From assembly GCA_951813565.1 (NCBI GenBank), contig OX638351.1, positions 192,001-256,000 on the forward strand: 64,000 bases of DNA. Direction: 5' to 3'. Position numbers and translations under genes: made by a program. The DNA comes from an uncultured Poribacteria bacterium (GTDB lineage Bacteria; Poribacteria; WGA-4E; WGA-3G). The notes under the pieces were generated by a model. That model was given only the letters and a program-made list of their open reading frames with translations, was not told where the DNA came from and ran no database searches. Positions 19,406 through 28,015 of the stretch are shown here, one piece after another; the first letter of the stretch is position 1, and the number at the start of each line of letters is the position of its first letter.

Positions 19406-20355
19406 TTGTTATCTCCTAATTTATAGATCCCTGTTGTATAGGGGTTAATATTGTAGTTCCAGCCTCCAAGGCGTTCAAGTTCTTCGTCAGTAGTTTCGTT
19501 TAAGTCAATGGTAATACGTTCAGCATCTGCACCTGAGTGCCCCAGACCGTAGATTGTTCCTGAGAATTTGTCATCATCACCAGAACTGTATATGAATTCA
19601 TAGTAGAATCCATTATCCGTGCGAAATTCTCTCCCATCCGGTAATTTGTGAAGATTCCAGTTGGGATCCCATCCTCCTTGTTCTACCATGATCATATCCG
19701 TTGCTCTAATTGAGTCTTCCCTAAGAAGTATAACAATTTCCGGAAAATCAAGAATTGATTGTATTCCCCAATCAAAACGATTTGCCGCTACACCGAGGCC
19801 CTTCTTGGTAGGATCTGCGTTAGCATGATAATATTTATCAGCCTCAATAAATTGTGGCCAGACTTCTGGTAGGGGACGGTTTGGGTTATATTTTTCAACA
19901 ACCTCGTTGGCAATTTCACCAATCTTACGAAGTGCCTCTATTGATACCTCTGTGGTGTAAATACCAACTAATTCTTCTGGACATTGTAGGTGTTTTGGAA
20001 CACCGTCCGCAAAAAGCGGGTTGGATGAAGTGAATCCACTAACATGAGACATATCAAAGACTGCTGCGTTTTTCTCTGTTTCCGACTCAGCGTCGGAAAC
20101 ATCAGAAATATCGGAAAGTTTTTCTTGTTTTCTTCCGAAAGATTCGCTTTGTGCAGTATCGGCCTGTTCCACTTCACTTTTATTGTCCGCTTTTTGGGTT
20201 GCTTCTTGTTGACGGAGTAACTTAGCGGATTCGGCTGCCTCTTGTCTATAAGGTGCCGTATCGTGTTGGTACCATAAATAACACGCACCAGCAAATATTA
20301 TCAGGAGGGCAATAGCACCAATAAACCATTTATTAGTGATGATGTCGCGAATCAT
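19402..20355 (-). CDS. Cassette protein A4 (class II C-terminal domain)
   Basis: Shared N-terminus but a different C-terminal domain (SSNPLFADGVPKHLQCP..., ends NINPY). Confidence 0.9.
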   Translation of the reverse strand: MIRDIITNKWFIGAIALLIIFAGACYLWYQHDTAPYRQEAAESAKLLRQQEATQKADNKSEVEQADTAQSESFGRKQEKLSDISDVSDAESETEKNAAVFDMSHVSGFTSSNPLFADGVPKHLQCPEELVGIYTTEVSIEALRKIGEIANEVVEKYNPNRPLPEVWPQFIEADKYYHANADPTKKGLGVAANRFDWGIQSILDFPEIVILLREDSIRATDMIMVEQGGWDPNWNLHKLPDGREFRTDNGFYYEFIYSSGDDDKFSGTIYGLGHSGADAERITIDLNETTDEELERLGGWNYNINPYTTGIYKLGDNK

Positions 20356-20720
20356 CTATAACCTCCGATTGTTGTGTGACACGCCACAACGGCATGTCTG
20401 TTATGAGAGATTTTTTGTGATGCACCGTGGTTTTCCACTTGTCAGTGGAGGACACGCACCATGCGCGTCTCTTTTTAGTGCGTTATCTCTCAGTGATTAA
20501 CAATAATTATACAAGAACTGAAACAAAATGCGCAAGCAATTAACAATAATTTATGTGAAACGGGTGATGGAGTATTATGAGAGGTTGTGCTATTTTTCTG
20601 ATATTGTGCGGCGGGTGAAATCGTTTGTGAGTTCATAGGAAAAACTTTGGGAACAAAAGCGGTGGAAAAGGGTGAGAGGTGGATGAAAAGTAGAGGCAGA
20701 TACCCATAGGATATCTGCCT
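20208..20720 (-). repeat. Conserved cassette block, copy 4
   Basis: Direct repeat; includes the terminator of B3 at 20694-20720. Confidence 0.9.
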
Positions 20721-20747
20721 GTATGAAATCAAAATTAGTAACAACAT

Positions 20748-21263
20748 TTACCAGGGGATATAAACGCTGGTACTCCATCTTTTCGAAGATTCTCTAACAT
20801 CTCTTGCAGTGGCGTAACCATCTGCAAGACAGTATTCTATAGTGTCGGTTGTATCATACATATTAAACCAGTCCATATCACTGGTATACGCACCTTTATT
20901 GAGATACCTACGCCATTCACCACTTCGACCATCCCACTTATTCATCTCTATTACCCAATCATGGTTTAGCGTGGCACTTACGGTATAAGTGCCTTTGAGA
21001 AATTGAGAAGTCATGGCTCTGACTCTCGTTGATGCCTTGACCTGATGTCCTATTCCCTGCCACGCTTTTGTTCCTGCAGAACTCCATACCTCAACATCAC
21101 CATCATAAGCAGTTCGGGTTACACTGGCAGGAATTGGTGGAGGATCTACTACCTCTTCAGTACCCCCTCTGTTTGTTCCAGGTGATGCTTTCAGAAGTGA
21201 AGTAAATGTTGCTATTGTACATAGAATTAGCATAAGGGTTAGAAAAATCGCCACATGTTTCAT
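20748..21263 (-). CDS. Cassette protein B3: secreted variable protein
   Basis: Signal peptide ending LKA; GTYTVSA motif; ends TSVYIPW. Confidence 0.85.
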   Translation of the reverse strand: MKHVAIFLTLMLILCTIATFTSLLKASPGTNRGGTEEVVDPPPIPASVTRTAYDGDVEVWSSAGTKAWQGIGHQVKASTRVRAMTSQFLKGTYTVSATLNHDWVIEMNKWDGRSGEWRRYLNKGAYTSDMDWFNMYDTTDTIEYCLADGYATARDVRESSKRWSTSVYIPW

Positions 21264-21276
21264 GATAAAAAACTCC

Positions 21277-22023
21277 TTAAGGTAAATCTAAAAATTCGTA
21301 CGGGTCTATGCCCGCATCTTTATATTCAATAACTGTAAAATGTTCCGGAATGTCACTTTCATAAATAGTACCTCGATGGGAATCTTGCCAGGATTCAGTT
21401 TCAGGGGATCCCTGTATCATACTGGCATATCTTCTCGTTCCAAAAGGGGTCCGTTGGGTTTTCCATTTAACAATCAGCGTATTGGGATACGTCGGATAAA
21501 CTAATCCATTTTCCATTGCTTCACCGTGAGTCTTTTTCCCTTGTTCCCATAGCTTAATGCTAACACGAATCATTAATTCATCGTTTTTATCCCAGTCGTA
21601 ACTCCAAAAATTCGGATCTTCTCCCCCAGGATACCCATCAGGTAATTTTGGATATGGACCGAAACCGTAAGGCGACACTTTTACTATTTCCGTCTTTTCA
21701 GTTTCCTGCATAGATGCAGTAACGGCTTCAGTTTGTTCATTGGAGCTTATTTCCGTTTCTGCACCAGTCGCATTGGTTAGCGGTTTCTCACCATGTTGCG
21801 TATTGCTTTCCGCAGGTGCTTTCTCTGCCGCCTGTACTGCTTCGTTGACTGTATCCACTTTTTTAGCGGCTTCTTGTTGACGGAGTAACTTAGCGGATTC
21901 GGCTGCCTCTTGTCTATAAGGTGCCGTGTCATATCGGTACCATAAATAACACGCACCAGCAAATATTATAAGGAAGGCTATCGCACCAATAATCCATTTA
22001 TTAGTGATGATGTCTCGAGTCAT
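21277..22023 (-). CDS. Cassette protein A3 (class I)
   Basis: Shared N-terminus; VSPYGFGPYP, ELMIRVSIKLW and GIDPY motifs. Confidence 0.9.
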   Translation of the reverse strand: MTRDIITNKWIIGAIAFLIIFAGACYLWYRYDTAPYRQEAAESAKLLRQQEAAKKVDTVNEAVQAAEKAPAESNTQHGEKPLTNATGAETEISSNEQTEAVTASMQETEKTEIVKVSPYGFGPYPKLPDGYPGGEDPNFWSYDWDKNDELMIRVSIKLWEQGKKTHGEAMENGLVYPTYPNTLIVKWKTQRTPFGTRRYASMIQGSPETESWQDSHRGTIYESDIPEHFTVIEYKDAGIDPYEFLDLP

Positions 22024-22389
22024 CTATAACCTCCGATTGTTGTGTGACACACCACATTGACGTGTCTGTTATGAGAGATTTTTTGTGATGCACCGTGGTT
22101 TTCCACTCGTCAGTGGAGGACGCGCACCATGCGCGTCTCTTTTTAGTGCGTTATCTCTCAGTGATTAACAATAATTATACAAGAACTGAAACAAAATGCT
22201 CAAGCAATTAACAATAATTTATGTGAAACGGGGGATGGGATATTATGCGAAGTTGTGCTATTTTTCTGATATTGTGCGGCGGGCGAAATCGCCACTAAAT
22301 TTATAGTGGGATTAGGGAGCAAAAGCGTGATAAAAACTGAAAGGTGTCTGAAAGAGTAGAGGCAGGTAACGTATTGGTTACCTGCCTCT
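21876..22389 (-). repeat. Conserved cassette block, copy 3
   Basis: Direct repeat; includes the terminator AGAGGCAGGTAAC...GTTACCTGCCTCT at 22358-22389. Confidence 0.9.
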
Positions 22390-22401
22390 GTTTGCTGTAG
22401 A

Positions 22402-22980
22402 TTAAAACGGCACATGTGCATAGGCACTATGCTGTACCGGTCCACCGCCATTGCCATCACCATCATCTCCTGAACCGCTGTCCCCACCCCCTCCTGGTAC
22501 CGGTGGAACTGGTGGTCTGAACCCAGTAATCCACGCCCACGAGGAAGCAAACGTAATATCGGGGAAGCCAGGAATAGGCCCAGCCCCTTTGGCAAAACTA
22601 GCAGATTGACTCTCGCTATCGTATGTACTTCCCTGAAAAGTACCAGGGTGCGCGCTTGGACCAAATCCTTGTATCCATACACTTGCAGAGACCCAATAAG
22701 TCCCTGTAAACATAGGGTCTACGGAATATGAGTACACAGCACTATTCGATCTGACTATATCTACATTATTATTGTTGTCTGTGTACGCTGCTCTATAAGC
22801 ATCTGCTTCAAGAGGGCCGTTAACATCATAGCCGCGTTCCCAGTTCCCCACCCAGCCTGTAGCAGGATCAAATTGTCCTGCGTCTTCCAAATCACGATTG
22901 GAAGTCTCACCTGTGAAACCTATAACGGCTACACCACAGAGTAAGGCTATTACCAGTAATCTGTAAATAATTCGTTTCAT
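22402..22980 (-). CDS. Cassette protein B2: secreted variable protein
   Basis: Signal peptide; GTYWVSA motif; Gly/Asp-rich loop; ends AYAHVPF. Confidence 0.85.
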   Translation of the reverse strand: MKRIIYRLLVIALLCGVAVIGFTGETSNRDLEDAGQFDPATGWVGNWERGYDVNGPLEADAYRAAYTDNNNNVDIVRSNSAVYSYSVDPMFTGTYWVSASVWIQGFGPSAHPGTFQGSTYDSESQSASFAKGAGPIPGFPDITFASSWAWITGFRPPVPPVPGGGGDSGSGDDGDGNGGGPVQHSAYAHVPF

Positions 22981-22993
22981 GAACTTATCTCCT

Positions 22994-23746
22994 TTATTTT
23001 AAGTTTAGAAAAACGTAGGGGTCAATGCCCCTCTCTCTCACTTCAATATCCTTCGGAATGTCACTCTCAACAAGTTTGCCTTTTCGTCGCATGATGTCAC
23101 TGAGAATTTTTCCCATGTAGGGGTCACCGCGCACACGGGATACACGTTTTTCTACAGTACCGTCTGGCAGTGCCTTATGATCCCATTCAATATAAACCAC
23201 CCCAGGAAGAGTAGGGTAAGCCAATCCGTTACTCATATTTCCACCGAGTGTTTGTATTCCTTGTGTCCAGAGCTTGATTTGGACGCGGATCAGCAGTTCA
23301 GCCTCTGCGCTGTAATCTTTGGAATAATCCCAAATATCTTGAGTCGGGTAATCCGGTGGGATATCCGGAAAAGGTCCAAAACCGTGAGGAGAAACGCGTA
23401 CTTCTTCAGCGTTTTCTGTTCCCTGCTTAGAGGCAGAAACATTCTCCGCTGCAGTATCGGTTTTCGCACCTGTTTCTAACACTTCATCAGTCATTTCGGT
23501 TATAGGTTTCTCTGCGGTTGGCGTTGTGCTTTCCGCAGGTGTCACATCGGCTGCCTGTTTTTCCGCGTTCTCAGTCTCCGCTTTTTGGGTTGCTTCCCGT
23601 TGACGGAGTAACTTAGCGGATTCCACTGCCTCTTGTCTGTAAGGTGCCGTATCGTGTTGGTACCATAAATAACACGCACCTGCAATTATTATCAGGAGGG
23701 CAATAGCACCAATAAACCATTTATTAGTGATGATGTCTCGAGTCAT
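22994..23746 (-). CDS. Cassette protein A2 (class I)
   Basis: Shared N-terminus; VSPHGFGPFP, ELLIRVQIKLW and GIDPY motifs. Confidence 0.9.
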   Translation of the reverse strand: MTRDIITNKWFIGAIALLIIIAGACYLWYQHDTAPYRQEAVESAKLLRQREATQKAETENAEKQAADVTPAESTTPTAEKPITEMTDEVLETGAKTDTAAENVSASKQGTENAEEVRVSPHGFGPFPDIPPDYPTQDIWDYSKDYSAEAELLIRVQIKLWTQGIQTLGGNMSNGLAYPTLPGVVYIEWDHKALPDGTVEKRVSRVRGDPYMGKILSDIMRRKGKLVESDIPKDIEVRERGIDPYVFLNLK

Positions 23747-24115
23747 CTATAACCTCCGATTGTTGTGCAACACGCCACAACGGCATGTCTGGTATGAGAG
23801 TTTGCTCGATGCACCGTGGTTTTCCACTCGTCAGTGGAGGACGCGCACCATGCGCGTGGTGTATTTAGTGCATCTATCTCTCAACAATTAACAATAATTA
23901 TACAAGAACTGAAACAAAATACTCAAGCAATTAACAATAATTTATGTGAAACGGGGATAGGATATTATGAAAGGTTGTGCTATTTTTCTGATATTGTGCG
24001 GCGGGCAAAATCGTTTATAAGTTTATAGCAGAGATTTAGGGAACAAAAGAGTGGTAAAGAGTGAAGGTAGGTAAAAAGAGTAAAGGCAGATACCCATAAG
24101 GATACCGGCCTGCCT
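23599..24115 (-). repeat. Conserved cassette block, copy 2
   Basis: Direct repeat; includes a degenerate terminator at 24084-24115. Confidence 0.9.
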
Positions 24116-24140
24116 GATTTATATCAGATCATGTTGTGCG

Positions 24141-24857
24141 CTAATGTGCACTTGCATTTGGACAATTCGGATTTGCGTCTGTACACTCATCACAGTTCGG
24201 GGTGAGATCCGAACTACTGGTGCTGCTACCACTATCATGTGTCCAGGTCCAGCTTGAATGTTCTACGGTCCAATGTCCATCACTATCCCCTGTAGTGGTA
24301 GCGGTGGCTCCGTTTTCCCATGTTCCAGATACCCCTAAGGGTAATCCAGCTCTGACCTTGTAATAATACGGAGTGTAGTGGACTACTCCGTCGCCTTCCC
24401 AGGGATATGTACCTTCTGCCTCGTTGAAAGTGCCTGTTTCTGTGGCACTAACTTCTACGTCATGGCCATAGGATCCGAACGGAACACCTGGAACATACCA
24501 TCCGATCTCTATAGCTCCAGTCAAGTTTTGTTCGTTACCAACGTCCTCACCATCTATCTTACCCCATAATTGTACTTGTGCAAAGCCAAGTCCATGTCCT
24601 TTACTTTCGAGTTTGATAACAGGATCCTTTGGATGGTTATTCCAGAGTTCCTCATCAAAAGAACCATCTGCGTTATAGTAAGAAACTTTGCGAAAGGTCC
24701 AGCCATCTATATTACAAGAAATTGTGGGACTTGTTACTTCTAAAAACTTATTAAAAGGGTTATGGTCAAGAGTGTTTATAACCGCATTGTGTGCATATAA
24801 ATTATAAACACAAACCAAAACGATGAGTGTAAGGATAATGTATCGTCGTTTTAACAT
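24141..24857 (-). CDS. Cassette protein B1: secreted variable protein with Cys-rich tail
   Basis: Signal peptide ending LYA; ATG abuts the A1 stop; ends TPNCDECTDANPNCPNASAH. Confidence 0.85.
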   Translation of the reverse strand: MLKRRYIILTLIVLVCVYNLYAHNAVINTLDHNPFNKFLEVTSPTISCNIDGWTFRKVSYYNADGSFDEELWNNHPKDPVIKLESKGHGLGFAQVQLWGKIDGEDVGNEQNLTGAIEIGWYVPGVPFGSYGHDVEVSATETGTFNEAEGTYPWEGDGVVHYTPYYYKVRAGLPLGVSGTWENGATATTTGDSDGHWTVEHSSWTWTHDSGSSTSSSDLTPNCDECTDANPNCPNASAH

Positions 24858-25634
24858 CTATAATTCTCCTTTCTCTTCTAAGATTGGAATTAAATAAGAG
24901 TAACCATGCTCTATGAGCGCAGCTCTCAGCTTTTCTTTCATAATACGTAGCGGTTTGTCAGGATCTGCTTCCTTTTCCTTTTTAGGTGCTACCCACAATG
25001 TACTGCCTTTCACAGGACGTTCCCTTTGTACTTCTTCGTACAATTGTCCCCATTCTGCCCAAAGTTGTTCTGCTTTCGCAGTGTTACCCTGCGCTTTTTG
25101 CCATCCTGCTTCTATTTTCAGTGCCCTGAGCATTTCATATTCCTCTAAAGTAGGGGTAAATCCTATGCCCATCTTGATTTCAACAATTGGCTCGCCTCTT
25201 TTATGTAAAATCGGTTTGCCGTTCTCGTCTAATAGTGGCACACCTGGAGACTTCCATCGATAGGTATACCCCCGCGGTGGAACTTTGAGTCCATGCTGCG
25301 TATAAAAGCTATCAAATATCTGCTGCTGTTGTTTTTCTGACAGTTTATGGAAATCGGAAGGAGTGAGTGTGTTCTCCGGATTTTCATCAGATGTTAGTTT
25401 CCCAGCAGCTGGCGTTTTGCTTTCCACAGAGGCATCGATTCCTTGTTCTCCTTCACTCTTATTGTCCACTTTTTTAGCGGCTTCTTGTTGACGGAGTAAC
25501 TTAGCGGATTCGGCTGCCTCTTGTCTATAAGGTGCCGTATCGTGTTGGTACCATAAATAACACGCACCAGCAATTATTATCAGGAGGGCAATAGCACCAA
25601 TAAACCATTTATTAGTGATGATGTCGCGAATCAT
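24858..25634 (-). CDS. Cassette protein A1 (class III C-terminal domain)
   Basis: Shared N-terminus; C-terminal domain lacks the GFGP and GIDPY motifs (VPPRGYTYRW...). Confidence 0.9.
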   Translation of the reverse strand: MIRDIITNKWFIGAIALLIIIAGACYLWYQHDTAPYRQEAAESAKLLRQQEAAKKVDNKSEGEQGIDASVESKTPAAGKLTSDENPENTLTPSDFHKLSEKQQQQIFDSFYTQHGLKVPPRGYTYRWKSPGVPLLDENGKPILHKRGEPIVEIKMGIGFTPTLEEYEMLRALKIEAGWQKAQGNTAKAEQLWAEWGQLYEEVQRERPVKGSTLWVAPKKEKEADPDKPLRIMKEKLRAALIEHGYSYLIPILEEKGEL

Positions 25635-25830
25635 CTATAACCTCCGATTGTTGTGCAACATGCCACAACGGCATGCCTGTTATGAGAGTTTGCTCGATGC
25701 ACCGTGGTTTTTCACTCGTCAGTGGAGGACACGCACCATGCGCGTCTCTTTTTAGTGCGTTATCTCTCAGTGATTAACAATAATTATACAATAGATGCAA
25801 TCAAATGTCAAGCAATTAACACTGAATTGT
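25487..25830 (-). repeat. Conserved cassette block, copy 1 (array head)
   Basis: A N-terminus, leader and promoter are conserved; the distal part differs from the internal copies. Confidence 0.85.
25783..25811 (-). promoter_or_regulatory. Consensus sigma70 promoter of cassette 1
   Basis: Perfect TTGACA-17-TATAAT on the minus strand; a second TTGACA...TATTAT lies ~64 bp upstream. Confidence 0.8.
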
Positions 25831-25928
25831 ATAATATTAACAATAATAATACACAAAAAATCATAAAATGTCAAGTAATTAACAATAAATTGTCGTTTTT
25901 TGACAATAATTATGCAAAATATGTTAAA

Positions 25929-27650
25929 ACCTACACTCCGCAGTTATGGATCTGGAAAATAAACATTTTTGACTTCTATTCCTAATATGTTGATAATCTT
26001 AGACTGTATTACATTTAGGTTTACGATAGTGCGTTGTATATGATCGTTTTGTTCTATCAATAATACGTCAATATTTTCAAACATTTGAAAGATGCGTCGG
26101 AGCGTTGGGGTTTGCGTGGGTTTACCGACTTGGTTGGGTATTGTTTGTTCCTGTTTTTCTAATTCCAACCGAACCCATTGTTCCGCAAGCGCATAAACAA
26201 GTAGCGAAAGTCCCATCACCATCAGTAATGCCATGATCCGTTGGGGTTTTTCTAAATATAGACTATTGGCAAAGAATAAAGGGTCTTTCAAAAACCGAAA
26301 ACCGCGTTCCACAGAGATGTTCTGTGCTTTATAGGCTTCAAGAATAGTGGCATCGTCAAGTAAAGTTGTATCTAACTCATTGGTAGCTAACACAAATCTG
26401 CCTTTGCTGCGTTTGAGTTTTTCAATCGCTTCTATATTCGCAACAGCTTCGCCCTCAATACGATAACGAAAGTGTGTGGGGTTATCTGTTTTTTTCGGTC
26501 GTCCCGATGTTGTGTAATGTGGAACAGAGATAATGGAGACGCATGGTTTATGATACTTCCAAGACTTGGATATTTCTGACACGGCAGCTTCAGCCGCTGA
26601 GTTGGTATCAAACGATTTATTTCGCAAGCGTTTGAGAGATGTTTCAGCAACAGTCTGTGCTTTGGCAATCTTTTTTTCTAAAGTCGCCACTTCACGATGA
26701 TACGCTGCTTCGGAATAAACAATTAGCCATCTTTGCGGGATATCTCCATAGCTGCTATCCACCGAAAGATAACGATACCCCTCAAGCGGTGCTGGCTGCA
26801 TATCTTCAGTAGAGATAGTTTGATAAAGTTCTTTGACAGCTTTGAGTGTTTCAGGAACACGCGTAATGAAACGCACATCACTGAGCACAGCAATGTTACG
26901 GGCAGTATAAAGCGCACTATCCGCTACAAAATAGGGCGCATCACTGCCACGCATTTGAGCCAGATACGCTCGGATCGTGTCAGGAAAACTTGTTTTATCA
27001 GCCTGATTTCCATCAAGTGCTTTGAACCATACAGGGAACTGAGACCGATAAGAACATAGAAGTTGAACAACCACTTGTTTGAGATCAGGGCGCTGATCAC
27101 GACTATACCCGTGAGTGATTTGGATCGCGTGTTCATCATCTGTTTCGGTATCATAGTTCCCATGAAAACTAAAAGTAGTGCTATCCAGATGAACAAAACG
27201 ATGGTCTATGTCAAATGTTGATAACGCCTTGGACGCAATCGTCGCAAAAAGTTCAGTGACCCCATTTTCATAAAGTGTATCTAAGGCACGCCCCAGACTA
27301 TCGTCCGTAAAATCGGCAGCACAGAGGTGAGGACGGATCAACAGGTCTACAGGTTTATTTTCAAAAAACTCTGGTGTCAAGTAGAGAGGGCGTGAAACAA
27401 AACCTAAAGCATTCAAGATCATTGCGGACACAGCTTCACCCACTGAAACTTTCCGTTTCGTTGGACCAATAAAAGTATCAATCGTGTCTATCAAGCCAAT
27501 ACGATCACACACACCGGCAACTATGCCGAGGTGATCTAAACGCTGAGTTGTAAAAGTAGGTTGAGTAATGATATTACCTCCTTATATGCAAGATATAAAG
27601 AGTATAACATAAATACTCAAAATCTGATTAAACAACTGCGGAGTGTAGGT
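25929..27650 (-). mobile_element. IS1634-family insertion sequence
   Basis: 17 bp perfect TIR ACCTACACTCCGCAGTT; apparent 5 bp TSD TTAAA (25924-25928 and 27651-27655). Confidence 0.9.
25944..27569 (-). CDS. IS1634-family DDE transposase
   Basis: LDHLGIVAGVC, HLDSTTFSFHG, GYSRDQRPDLKQ, FVADSALY and VERGFRFLKDP motifs; frame extends upstream to an ATT 7 nt after AAGGAGG. Confidence 0.9.
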   Translation of the reverse strand: MTQPTFTTQRLDHLGIVAGVCDRIGLIDTIDTFIGPTKRKVSVGEAVSAMILNALGFVSRPLYLTPEFFENKPVDLLIRPHLCAADFTDDSLGRALDTLYENGVTELFATIASKALSTFDIDHRFVHLDSTTFSFHGNYDTETDDEHAIQITHGYSRDQRPDLKQVVVQLLCSYRSQFPVWFKALDGNQADKTSFPDTIRAYLAQMRGSDAPYFVADSALYTARNIAVLSDVRFITRVPETLKAVKELYQTISTEDMQPAPLEGYRYLSVDSSYGDIPQRWLIVYSEAAYHREVATLEKKIAKAQTVAETSLKRLRNKSFDTNSAAEAAVSEISKSWKYHKPCVSIISVPHYTTSGRPKKTDNPTHFRYRIEGEAVANIEAIEKLKRSKGRFVLATNELDTTLLDDATILEAYKAQNISVERGFRFLKDPLFFANSLYLEKPQRIMALLMVMGLSLLVYALAEQWVRLELEKQEQTIPNQVGKPTQTPTLRRIFQMFENIDVLLIEQNDHIQRTIVNLNVIQSKIINILGIEVKNVYFPDP

Positions 27651-27855
27651 TTAAAATGAATATGAGCAAACGCTTTAGTAGGGACGATATGTTTATTCTT
27701 CTATGCCGTTCCTACGGAACTCAAGAGGCGTAGATAACATTTTTTCTATAAACATATCGTCCCTACGGGACTAAAGACACGGGCAAGATGGCAACACATA
27801 AAATTAACGGCATAGCAAAAAATCATCAAAATATTGAAAACTATATAACCCTGAG

Positions 27856-27902
27856 TACCAACAATTTTCCTTGCAAACAAAATCTCAATTGCGTATACTT
27901 TT
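27856..27902 (+). repeat. 47 bp direct repeat (copy of the pcrA promoter region)
   Basis: 3 mismatches to 30198-30244. Confidence 0.8.
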
Positions 27903-28015
27903 CCAAATGCCTCTGATACGTCTTACTTCCGTATCAACATCCTACGTGTTGCAGCAAAATCTCCAACTGTAGTGGAATAAATAGAATATTAATCCTGGAT
28001 CTGCGGTACGGGTGC

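Noticed and set aside
13125..25900. Integron cassette array
   Set aside because: No attC-type RYYYAAC/GTTRRRY pairs were seen at junctions, no integrase is in the window, and the repeat extends into coding sequence and carries promoters
13125..25900. Diversity-generating retroelement or shufflon
   Set aside because: No reverse transcriptase, no adenine-specific TR/VR pair, no inverted units and no site-specific recombinase in the window
16021..25985. Small ORFs in the conserved inter-cassette blocks (e.g. 16021-16272, 20490-20747, 22200-22682, 23816-24028, 25704-25985)
   Set aside because: They lack consistent starts and lengths between copies and overlap promoter, terminator or B sequences, so they are likely incidental
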